Part shown: positions 17,448 to 25,461 of the stretch, one piece after another | Numbering within the stretch: the stretch's first letter is position 1 | How the letters are laid out: every line of letters starts with the position of its first letter | Virus record (IMG/VR): IMGVR_UViG_3300023184_000025 | Coordinates: 124,001-188,000 of that record | DNA length: 64,000 bases | Direction: 5' to 3' (one strand) | Position numbers and translations under genes: made by a program | Notes under the pieces: generated by a model | Told to the model about the DNA's origin: nothing | Databases searched by the model: none | Seen by the model: only the letters and a program-made list of their open reading frames with translations

Positions 17448-18275
17448 ATGAAATTTAGTCTATTTAATAACTTTGGTGCGTTAAACTCTGCACCGGTATT
17501 TGCGGCCATAGAACAAGGTCTTAAATCTCTTGGCCATCAGGTAGTTCACAACGAATATGACGCAGATGCCGCTGTAATATGGTCGATGTTATGGACCGGT
17601 CGTATGCAAAGTAATCGAGAAGTTTGGAAAACATATCAAAACAAACCTATAATTGTTGCCGAAGTTGGAATGTTAGATCGAGGAAACACATGGAAAATTG
17701 GACTAAATGGTACCGGAGTATCTTGTTATAATTTCACTGATCTGATAGCATCAAGGGCAATAGATCTTGGATTAACATTGGCACCCTGGAGAACTGCTGG
17801 CGATCACATTGTGATTGCGCTACAACGTCAGGATAGTCAACAATGGTCTGGGCTACCGGATACACAAGCATGGGTTAATGATGTGTGCAATCGTTTAAAA
17901 AAATACACAGATCGCCCAATTGTTATTAGATCTCACCCAAGACAAAAAATAATACCAACAGCTATTTCCCCAAATAAGATTGCCAATTCGTACGATTGTT
18001 TTGATTTTAATCAATCATTAGAAAACGCATGGGCAGTTGTTAACTGGAGCAGTGGTCCTGGACCACAATCAATTATAAATGGTGTACCTGCATTTGTTGG
18101 CACAGATAGTCTGGCATCATTGGTTTCAACATTTAATCTAGCAGAAATAGAAAATCCGGCAATGCCGGATCGTAGTAGTTGGTTGAATATAATAGCACAT
18201 TCTGAATGGACACTAGACGAAATTGCGAGTGGTCATCCTATTCAAAGATTACTGCCTAGGTTGGTATCTCTGTAG
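17448..18275 (+). CDS. KpsS/capsule-synthesis-like GT-B transferase, paralog 3
   Basis: IVAEVG, IALQRQDS, IVIRSHPR, VVNWSSGPGPQSIINGVPAFV. Confidence 0.65.
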   Translation: MKFSLFNNFGALNSAPVFAAIEQGLKSLGHQVVHNEYDADAAVIWSMLWTGRMQSNREVWKTYQNKPIIVAEVGMLDRGNTWKIGLNGTGVSCYNFTDLIASRAIDLGLTLAPWRTAGDHIVIALQRQDSQQWSGLPDTQAWVNDVCNRLKKYTDRPIVIRSHPRQKIIPTAISPNKIANSYDCFDFNQSLENAWAVVNWSSGPGPQSIINGVPAFVGTDSLASLVSTFNLAEIENPAMPDRSSWLNIIAHSEWTLDEIASGHPIQRLLPRLVSL

Positions 18276-19226
18276 ATCTGCATTAACCATATCTTCAATC
18301 ATTTGTTTAAATGTTGTTTTTGGTTTCCAGTCCAATAGACTTCGAGCCCTGGTGCTGTCCCCGCATAGACTATATAATTCAGCAGGTCTTTTAAATCGTG
18401 GATCAGTTAGTACTTTGGATTCCCAGTTGGGAATATTAACATAATTAAACGCAACATCTAAAAGTTCTCGAATAGTATGTTGTTCGCCAGTGGCAATAAC
18501 ATAATCTTTGGCTTCATCTTGCTGTAACATTAGCCACATTGCTTCAACAAAGTCCCCGGCAAATCCCCAATCTCGGCGGCTGTCGATATTACCCAATGTA
18601 ATTGTTTCCTGCAATCCTAATTTAATACGTGCAACAGCATCTGTAACTTTGCGTGTAACAAATTCTTTTCCACGCAATGGACTTTCGTGATTGAATAACA
18701 CTCCTGAGCAAGCATAGAGACTATAACTTTCTCGAAAGTTCACAGTCATCCAGTGACTATACAGTTTACTAACCCCATACGGACTACGAGGAGTAAATGG
18801 GGTAGTTTCATTTTGTGTAGGTGTTGTGGCATTGCCAAACATTTCGCTGGTGCTTGCTTGATAAAAACGACTATTGGGACTATGTGTTTTAATTGCATTA
18901 AGAATATTAAGTGGACCCAATGAGTTGACTTCTGTAGTTAACTTATTCAAGTCCCAGCTAATTCCAACAAAGCTCTGAGCCGCAAGGTTATATATCTCTA
19001 CTGGTTTTAAACTTCTAAGTAGATGATTTATTGAATTTTCATCAGTGATATCACCTGTTACTAGTTCAATATCATTTTCAATTCCAAGCCATTTGATATT
19101 GTCAAGGTTTGGATTGCTATATCTTTTAACTAGTCCGTATACTTGATAATCTTTTTCAAGCAATAACTTTGCTAGGTACGGGCCATCTTGACCAGTCATT
19201 CCAGTGACAAAAGCAGTTTTTTTCAT
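18249..19226 (-). CDS. gmd: GDP-mannose 4,6-dehydratase
   Basis: TGMTGQDG, YNLAAQSFV, YQASTSEMFG, SPYGVSK, FNHESPLRG, FVTRK, RDWG. Confidence 0.95.
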   Translation of the reverse strand: MKKTAFVTGMTGQDGPYLAKLLLEKDYQVYGLVKRYSNPNLDNIKWLGIENDIELVTGDITDENSINHLLRSLKPVEIYNLAAQSFVGISWDLNKLTTEVNSLGPLNILNAIKTHSPNSRFYQASTSEMFGNATTPTQNETTPFTPRSPYGVSKLYSHWMTVNFRESYSLYACSGVLFNHESPLRGKEFVTRKVTDAVARIKLGLQETITLGNIDSRRDWGFAGDFVEAMWLMLQQDEAKDYVIATGEQHTIRELLDVAFNYVNIPNWESKVLTDPRFKRPAELYSLCGDSTRARSLLDWKPKTTFKQMIEDMVNADLQRYQPRQ

Positions 19227-19235
19227 TGTTTCCTC

Positions 19236-20000
19236 TTATTCTTTACCTAACCAGGTTAACGATTTATCAATCCAAGGTAGTGTTAGATCTCGTTGTTTTA
19301 CATGTCCATATTTGTTTATACTATCAACAGCAGTCACTGGCAATAACTTTGCCTCGGCTAATTCATACCAGGTAGTAGTTTTTGGATTTTTTGGAGATTG
19401 ATCGCTGTTATAAACAACCGCATGTAACCAAGGACTATCTGGCTGTTTTAAAAAATAGCCATCTCTGCAATCAAATCCTGAAACTGCCAGGGTATGTATT
19501 AAACTGACCATTGTCCAATTATAGTATTGGAAATCTAATTGATCAAACGCCTGTGCATTAAATTCCATATTGGTAGTCTGTGGTAACACTATGGCTAATG
19601 TGGCATTTGGGTGCATGGCCTTTTTCCAGTTGGCCAGTGTTTGAAACGGATTTATAACATACTGAAATGAGTCATGTGACCAAACTACATCAAACAATGT
19701 TTTGTGTATTGCAATTGGATCTTCAAAGTCTTGCCGTTGATATTGTGTATTGTGATATTTTTTAGTCATTGGGAACTGTTCAAATTGATCAATTCCGTAA
19801 CATTTAATATTTAAAGGGTCGGCACGTTCATCTCTGGTGGTTCTGGTAGCCCACCATTCAATGTCTAATCCACGTCCGCAACCCATGTCAACTACTGTGG
19901 CAATACTTTCCATAAAGTCATCATACGCATAAAACTGATTTAATGTTTGCAAACTATGTTGATGACTCTCTTCAGGGGAAATAAAATAAGTTTTGTTCAT
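19236..20000 (-). CDS. Class I SAM methyltransferase
   Basis: VVDMGCGRG, CYGID, FDVVWSHDSFQY. Confidence 0.8.
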   Translation of the reverse strand: MNKTYFISPEESHQHSLQTLNQFYAYDDFMESIATVVDMGCGRGLDIEWWATRTTRDERADPLNIKCYGIDQFEQFPMTKKYHNTQYQRQDFEDPIAIHKTLFDVVWSHDSFQYVINPFQTLANWKKAMHPNATLAIVLPQTTNMEFNAQAFDQLDFQYYNWTMVSLIHTLAVSGFDCRDGYFLKQPDSPWLHAVVYNSDQSPKNPKTTTWYELAEAKLLPVTAVDSINKYGHVKQRDLTLPWIDKSLTWLGKE

Positions 20001-20449
20001 ACTTGAATGTCTTCCATGCCGGACGTTCGTAATCTAACAATATGACCCATTTGCCATTGTTTAGTATCAAGTCCTTTCATAATACCCAGCCATTTATTAC
20101 GCAATAGAGCCACTTCGTTGATAATAGTTTCAAAATCAATAACCTCATCCTCGCCATCGACGTATTTTTCAGCATCTCGTGATGTTAATGCACGGGCATA
20201 TCCTTCTAGGTATTTTTGGAAATGGCGGCGGCGGATTTTGCGTAATTGTATATTGAGAAGATTGAGTACTGCTTCTATTTCTTGAAGCTGATTAAAACGA
20301 TGTTCAGTAATACCCGGCAATTCTTTGATATTTTTTTCAACTAGTCCGCCTATTGCACATTCTCGCTTGGCTAACCCTAGCTCTCGTTCATAATGTGCAA
20401 TAAAATCCGGAATGGCCGAAAGGCTTGCTACTACCTTGCTATAGTACAT
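19997..20449 (-). CDS. uvsY: UvsY-like recombination mediator
   Basis: Helical protein with RALTSRDAEKYVDGEDEV and KGLDTKQWQ, near uvsX. Confidence 0.8.
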   Translation of the reverse strand: MYYSKVVASLSAIPDFIAHYERELGLAKRECAIGGLVEKNIKELPGITEHRFNQLQEIEAVLNLLNIQLRKIRRRHFQKYLEGYARALTSRDAEKYVDGEDEVIDFETIINEVALLRNKWLGIMKGLDTKQWQMGHIVRLRTSGMEDIQV

Positions 20450-20451
20450 AG

Positions 20452-20709
20452 TTAATAATCTTCACCGTCCCAGTCCTCTTCTTCTTCATACTCTTCGTCT
20501 TCATCCTGTTCTTCAGAATCGTCTTGAATATAGTTGACTAGTGCTTTTTTAATATCGCTGTCTGATTTAAATGTTGTCCGGATGTCTTCTGGAGAATAAT
20601 CGTGATCGATTAGCATACTGATAAAACTATCCGCCGCTTCACTGCGATCAATTGTACCAATATAACGTTTTAATTCGCTCCAAATTTCTGCTACTAAATC
20701 TAAATGCAT
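20452..20709 (-). CDS. Small acidic-tailed hypothetical protein between uvsX and uvsY
   Basis: Tightly packed ORF with D/E-rich C-terminus. Confidence 0.75.
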   Translation of the reverse strand: MHLDLVAEIWSELKRYIGTIDRSEAADSFISMLIDHDYSPEDIRTTFKSDSDIKKALVNYIQDDSEEQDEDEEYEEEEDWDGEDY

Positions 20710-20714
20710 TTGTA

Positions 20715-21773
20715 TTATTCTCCCTGATCAGATTCTTCAGTACTTACCGTTTCTGTTTGATTGACAAAGTCTTTCATCACAATATCCAGGCAATCGTCGT
20801 CGTTGCGTTCCCAACCCTTACGGAACTTTTTAATAATTTCTCCAGCACTGGTAGTGAATACTAGGCTGTTGCCTTCTTTCTTGAGTAGGCCTTTCTTCTC
20901 AATCAAATCAGTGAGACCCGAATACGGACTCATTCCAGATTCGTAAGGAATTTTAACCTGCACACCTTCGAAAGGTTTAGCATAGCGTGTTTTCATTACC
21001 TTGCATGCGGCACGAATACCCATGACGTCGGTAATTTTGTTGCCATCTTCATCTTCTTTAAGTTTGAGTTTCTTCATTGCAACAACAATTGAGCTTGCAT
21101 AAACAAAACCTTGTCCACCGCTGATCTTGTCATCTGGATCAAACATGTCTTGACTGGCATATGTGTGATTGGTACATACCAAGCCTACATTGTAACTTCC
21201 AAACATGTTGACACAATTACGAACAAGTGATGTAAGTGCTTTGGGTTTACGTCCCATGTCACCTTTCATATCGCCAGCATCAAACTGATTTACATCAGTT
21301 GGTGTAAGCAACATGCCCAATGAATCAATGACAAATAACACTTTGGGACGTTCGCCATCTGGTAATGATTTGTAATCACTCATGAATGTGGAAATAGTTT
21401 TTGCCACATCATCAATCATGGCCATTGCTAGTTTGAGTAGTTTGCTTTCGCTAGTGTCAACACCAAGATCATGCAACCATTTTTCATCTAGTGCATTTTC
21501 AGAGTCAATCAGCACTACAAAGATACCTTGTTCTTGTGCGTTCTTGATAATGTTGCCGGAACAGATGTAGCTTTTGCCAGCGCCAGACTCTCCGGCAAAC
21601 ACCGTAACCTTGCCCAATGGCACACCTCGGTTAAAGTCTCCGCTGATCAAATAGTTCAGTGCATAGTTGCCTGTGCTGATCCAATCTGTGGGATCGTTAA
21701 AGCCAATGCTTAGGCCTTCGATGCTTTTTGTAATTTCCTTACGGAACTTGCTTACGTCAAACGGTTTTCCCAT
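20715..21773 (-). CDS. uvsX: UvsX/RecA-like recombinase
   Basis: ISTGNYALN, Walker A GESGAGKS, IDSENA, FVIDSLG, TNH, SGG. Confidence 0.93.
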   Translation of the reverse strand: MGKPFDVSKFRKEITKSIEGLSIGFNDPTDWISTGNYALNYLISGDFNRGVPLGKVTVFAGESGAGKSYICSGNIIKNAQEQGIFVVLIDSENALDEKWLHDLGVDTSESKLLKLAMAMIDDVAKTISTFMSDYKSLPDGERPKVLFVIDSLGMLLTPTDVNQFDAGDMKGDMGRKPKALTSLVRNCVNMFGSYNVGLVCTNHTYASQDMFDPDDKISGGQGFVYASSIVVAMKKLKLKEDEDGNKITDVMGIRAACKVMKTRYAKPFEGVQVKIPYESGMSPYSGLTDLIEKKGLLKKEGNSLVFTTSAGEIIKKFRKGWERNDDDCLDIVMKDFVNQTETVSTEESDQGE

Positions 21774-21800
21774 AAATGTTTTCCTAAAAATGTAAAGTTA

Positions 21801-21829
21801 ATTATACTAAAAATTAAGTCAAATGTCAA
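21801..21829 (-). promoter_or_regulatory. Consensus sigma70 promoter TTGACA-N17-TATAAT for uvsX
   Basis: -35 at 21829-21824, -10 at 21806-21801; AGGA SD downstream. Confidence 0.85.
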
Positions 21830-22649
21830 TGTGTAATTGTATGTATTTTTGCCAAAACGCAGAAACTATGTCAGAGTTAAAATCATCGTAGCCCATTTTT
21901 AAATACAATTCTTTCATTGCATTAACATAGTTTTCTTTGACAAAAATATTATTATCAATGTCAAATGATAAAATTTTATTTGTATGCAGTGGATAATATT
22001 CTGTTATTTCTTCTCGAATGTTATCGGGCAAATTTGAAAATTTTTTTATATCAAATCCTGAATATTCAAAATCTTTCCAACTTGGCCAATTTTCAGTGGC
22101 AAGAATCAAATATTTTTCTTTTGATTCATTGTATCCATACCCTAACGTACGATCTCCGGTGGTTTGTTTTAATGCTGATCCAATACTCCAAAATTTTTCA
22201 AAATTTACTAAATTGATAATTCTAGCATTTGGCCAGGCTGTTAATACTTTTGTTCTAGGGTTCAGCTGATAAGGATGGAATGTCAAAAATAAATCAAGTC
22301 CGCTGTTCAATTGTTCCCATATAAAATCACCAGTGATTGACCGTTGCCCTCTAATAATCCAATCTTCTATATCTTGTCTACAAAATAAATCACTATTTTT
22401 CCATTCGTAACCATCCTGGGGATAGCTAGGCACCCACTTTGTCATTTCACTCTTGTTTGGAGGCAATGTTGTGAGTACTGCATTTAATCTGTACTCGTAG
22501 TCATTGGGATATTTTAATAAATGTTTATTAAATTTAGGATTCTTAACCAGCGTGTGTCGGCTCAGCGTTAAAGAATTGCAAATAAAATTCCCGCCGGTGA
22601 ATGCAGGATATCTTAAAATTACAAAATTATGTGGTTCAAAGTCAGTCAT
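21819..22649 (-). CDS. Hypothetical protein with sulfotransferase/P-loop-like N-terminal motif
   Basis: ILRYPAFTGGNFICNSL; AT-rich; ATGA-coupled. Confidence 0.65.
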   Translation of the reverse strand: MTDFEPHNFVILRYPAFTGGNFICNSLTLSRHTLVKNPKFNKHLLKYPNDYEYRLNAVLTTLPPNKSEMTKWVPSYPQDGYEWKNSDLFCRQDIEDWIIRGQRSITGDFIWEQLNSGLDLFLTFHPYQLNPRTKVLTAWPNARIINLVNFEKFWSIGSALKQTTGDRTLGYGYNESKEKYLILATENWPSWKDFEYSGFDIKKFSNLPDNIREEITEYYPLHTNKILSFDIDNNIFVKENYVNAMKELYLKMGYDDFNSDIVSAFWQKYIQLHIDI

Positions 22650-23596
22650 TGAGATACTTTTAAATAATTTTTACTAAAGTAATGATTGTAATTATACTCA
22701 ATGGTATCTTGCTCTAATAGATATAAATCTTGCCAATCATCTGTTGATAGTAAACTAAATTTTGATATCATTGATACTAATTCTAGTAATCTAATAACTG
22801 GATTTTGAATTGTGTCGAATCGATAATCAAACAATTTAGTGTATTTTTTGAATCCATAGTATTTTTCCACATAGTCATGCCAACCGGGTTGTGCATATGC
22901 TAGGAACAATCCTCTGGTTACTACGCTGTATAAAAATTTTTCTGTTACAAATGGATAATAACTTGTGGCCAACGTTTCGCTTACTATGTGTAAAAAACTC
23001 TGTGTTAACTTATTTTCAAGATTATATATGTTGTCTGCATGTGCAAATCTAACATGTCCAAAGCTGTGTATAGTTTCTTGAAAATTATTACTGTTTACAA
23101 AAAATTTACCACTAACACGAGCTTGACCAGGAGTTAGATAATCTAATAGATGTCCATCGACATTATTAGATGTAAATTGAAAATTCTTACTGCAATATTC
23201 AGGAACAAAAAATTTAAACTTATCTAGTATTGAAACTAGTAGTGTTCTACCAACTTGCAACGATCCATTAAAACTACAAACAAAATTTTTATAATCCAGT
23301 TCTGGATGCATATTGTAATTATAAAAATGACCAGTGTTGATTCTTTCCTGCTCTTGTATCAAAAATGTAATTTTAAGATTTGGATATTTTGCTGTTATGT
23401 TGTTGGTGAAAATCTGATGAACTGTGATGTCAAAAATCTTATTCCGTTGAATAGCAAAATCATTTAATCTTTTTAGGATTTTATTTTGCAAATCAATATC
23501 AAATCCGCCTATGTGGTCGTTGAATAGAAATTTATCAGGTACCCAACTTGGGTCTTCTAATATCTTATCATAAACAACAGGGGGCAATGATATCAT
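22646..23596 (-). CDS. Putative glycosyltransferase, GT-B/GT10-like C-terminal region
   Basis: FLHIVSET...FVTEKF...GFK segment recalls the YVTEK motif of GT10-type enzymes; assignment tentative. Confidence 0.5.
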   Translation of the reverse strand: MISLPPVVYDKILEDPSWVPDKFLFNDHIGGFDIDLQNKILKRLNDFAIQRNKIFDITVHQIFTNNITAKYPNLKITFLIQEQERINTGHFYNYNMHPELDYKNFVCSFNGSLQVGRTLLVSILDKFKFFVPEYCSKNFQFTSNNVDGHLLDYLTPGQARVSGKFFVNSNNFQETIHSFGHVRFAHADNIYNLENKLTQSFLHIVSETLATSYYPFVTEKFLYSVVTRGLFLAYAQPGWHDYVEKYYGFKKYTKLFDYRFDTIQNPVIRLLELVSMISKFSLLSTDDWQDLYLLEQDTIEYNYNHYFSKNYLKVSQ

Positions 23597-24318
23597 ATAT
23601 TTTTGTATTCATCAAAGGTACTTACATAATGTTCAACATTATTTTTTAACAACATAGCCGATTTATATGGAGGATAGTACATTGCTTTGATAAATTGTTT
23701 AATTTGATTGTCAGACCAGCCATCCTGTATAATTCCGTTGAATGGTTTTTCTTTGTTAAAATAACGTCCAAGTTTTTTTGGAGGCGTTCCCAAATCTCCT
23801 GTTAACACATGTTTGATTGATTCAATTGCATGGTTTAGTATTTTAAAATTTAAACTAAATGCTGTGTCTTGTTCGTCAATTAAAAACTTCTGTTGAAGTA
23901 TAATATTGCCAGCATCAAATTGACTGTTAACATAGTGCCAGGTATAGCCGGTAAATTTTTCATTGTTGATTAATGCCCAACTTGACATCCATCGTCCTCG
24001 ATATTCTTCAAGCAACCCTGTATGTAAATTTATAATACCGTTTGGAAATTTTTTAATATTATCTTCAGATATTAAAAAAGGAATACCACTGATATTTAAC
24101 ATCAACTCTGCAGATTGTGTAACATACTTATTAAAGTCGTTGTTATTGGAAATTGATGTGTGCTGTATTAACAATTGGTCACAAAATTTTGTTAACAGCA
24201 ACTGATTAGGAGGATGATAGACCTGAATTTCTCCAGGTCTATACCCAAGCTCAAATAATTTACTAACTAAGGGGATACACGATGTATCAGTACAACCAAT
24301 TGATAGATTGCCCCTCAT
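23593..24318 (-). CDS. N10-formyl-THF-dependent formyltransferase (probably sugar N-formyltransferase)
   Basis: IINLHTGLLEEYRG, WAL, TGYTWH, DAGNII. Confidence 0.85.
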   Translation of the reverse strand: MRGNLSIGCTDTSCIPLVSKLFELGYRPGEIQVYHPPNQLLLTKFCDQLLIQHTSISNNNDFNKYVTQSAELMLNISGIPFLISEDNIKKFPNGIINLHTGLLEEYRGRWMSSWALINNEKFTGYTWHYVNSQFDAGNIILQQKFLIDEQDTAFSLNFKILNHAIESIKHVLTGDLGTPPKKLGRYFNKEKPFNGIIQDGWSDNQIKQFIKAMYYPPYKSAMLLKNNVEHYVSTFDEYKNI

Positions 24319-24330
24319 GGTAAGAATTTA

Positions 24331-25320
24331 TTACTTTTGTTGACGTGAGCGAATCATTGCCAAAATGTCTTGTGCATTTTGTCCGCTGGGTTTGGCAGAT
24401 TGCACAGGAGCAGTTGGTGCTGGTGTGTCGTCAGACTCGAAAGGACTATTGTTGCTTACAACTGGCTTAGACACAGGCTTGTTGGTTGGAGCAGGTGTAT
24501 CCTCATCAACTTCTGTAGAACTACCTGCAGGTGCTTGTACGCCTGCTGGACGGAAGTATTGACCCCAACGTTCAAGGTCGTATGGCTTGCCATCTACTGA
24601 TGCTTCAAACATTTCCTTCATTACTTTGAGTTCAACTTCACCGGGCTTCTTGGGTAAGAAGCTGGCAAGATCAAACAATCCGTGTGTTTCGAGAGAAGTT
24701 TGTTCTGCTTCTGTAAGTGCAGATTCTTTACGTGCCCACTTAGACGTACTGTAGTCAGCGTAACCGCCTTTGCTGGTTTTACTAATACGGAAGTCCAGTC
24801 CACGCATTAAATCTGTTGGGATTTCTTCCAGTTCTGGATCCATCAATGCACCTTTAATAATATTAAAGATTTGAGGACCAATGATAAATCTACGGATAGG
24901 ATTTTCTGGTGTCTTGTCGTCACCAATTGGGTTCTCACGAACAAAGCCTTGGAAAATGTAACTGCGTTTTTTCCAGTACTTACGACCCATGTCTTCAAGA
25001 CTCTTGTCCTTGAACCATGTGCGTACTTCTGCTAAGATTGGGCAAGCGTCGCCCCACATCTCAACACAGGGTACTTGTACCATAACCTGTTTAGAATCCA
25101 TTTCTCCTTTGATGCCATTGAATGGCAGTCGAATCATGGCTCGTTCGGCCCAGAAGAATGTGTTTTTAGAGTTTGCGTCTGGTAAGAATCGAATAGTAGC
25201 ATTTGCTCCTTCGTCCATGTTCCAGTGTGGGTAGATTGCGTTGTCGCCGCCTGATGATTGACCGCCTTTGTTTGACTCTGCGGCTGAGAGACGTGCGCGG
25301 ATTTCTGATAATGATGCCAT
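24331..25320 (-). CDS. gp32: Single-stranded DNA-binding protein (T4 gp32-like)
   Basis: IRFLP, CPI, KRSYI, LMRGLDFRI, DYSTSKW, low-complexity acidic/Pro C-tail. Confidence 0.9.
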   Translation of the reverse strand: MASLSEIRARLSAAESNKGGQSSGGDNAIYPHWNMDEGANATIRFLPDANSKNTFFWAERAMIRLPFNGIKGEMDSKQVMVQVPCVEMWGDACPILAEVRTWFKDKSLEDMGRKYWKKRSYIFQGFVRENPIGDDKTPENPIRRFIIGPQIFNIIKGALMDPELEEIPTDLMRGLDFRISKTSKGGYADYSTSKWARKESALTEAEQTSLETHGLFDLASFLPKKPGEVELKVMKEMFEASVDGKPYDLERWGQYFRPAGVQAPAGSSTEVDEDTPAPTNKPVSKPVVSNNSPFESDDTPAPTAPVQSAKPSGQNAQDILAMIRSRQQK

Positions 25321-25366
25321 TTTAAGTTGCCTTTCTAAGTGTTATAAAATGTTTTCTAAGTTGCCT
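25321..25366 (-). promoter_or_regulatory. A-rich repeated gp32 leader (AGGCAACTTA x2, ACTTAGAAA x2); candidate translational operator
   Basis: Direct repeats at 25323-25332/25357-25366 and 25332-25340/25353-25361, directly before the ATG. Confidence 0.55.
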
Positions 25367-25374
25367 GTGATGCT

Positions 25375-25436
25375 AATAAAAAAGCGTGTCACTGTTGTAG
25401 TGTACACGCTTTTAGTGTCAGCGTCAATGATATTTA
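25375..25436 (-). terminator. Terminator-like hairpin overlapping a sigma70 promoter (TTGACG-N17-TACACT), with TAAATA just upstream
   Basis: 10-bp arms at 25380-25389 and 25404-25413 plus a 4-bp inner stem and T tract; -10 at 25404-25399, -35 at 25427-25422; TAAATA at 25436-25431. Confidence 0.65.
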
Positions 25437-25461
25437 TGACGCATTTGCTCTAATAACTATT

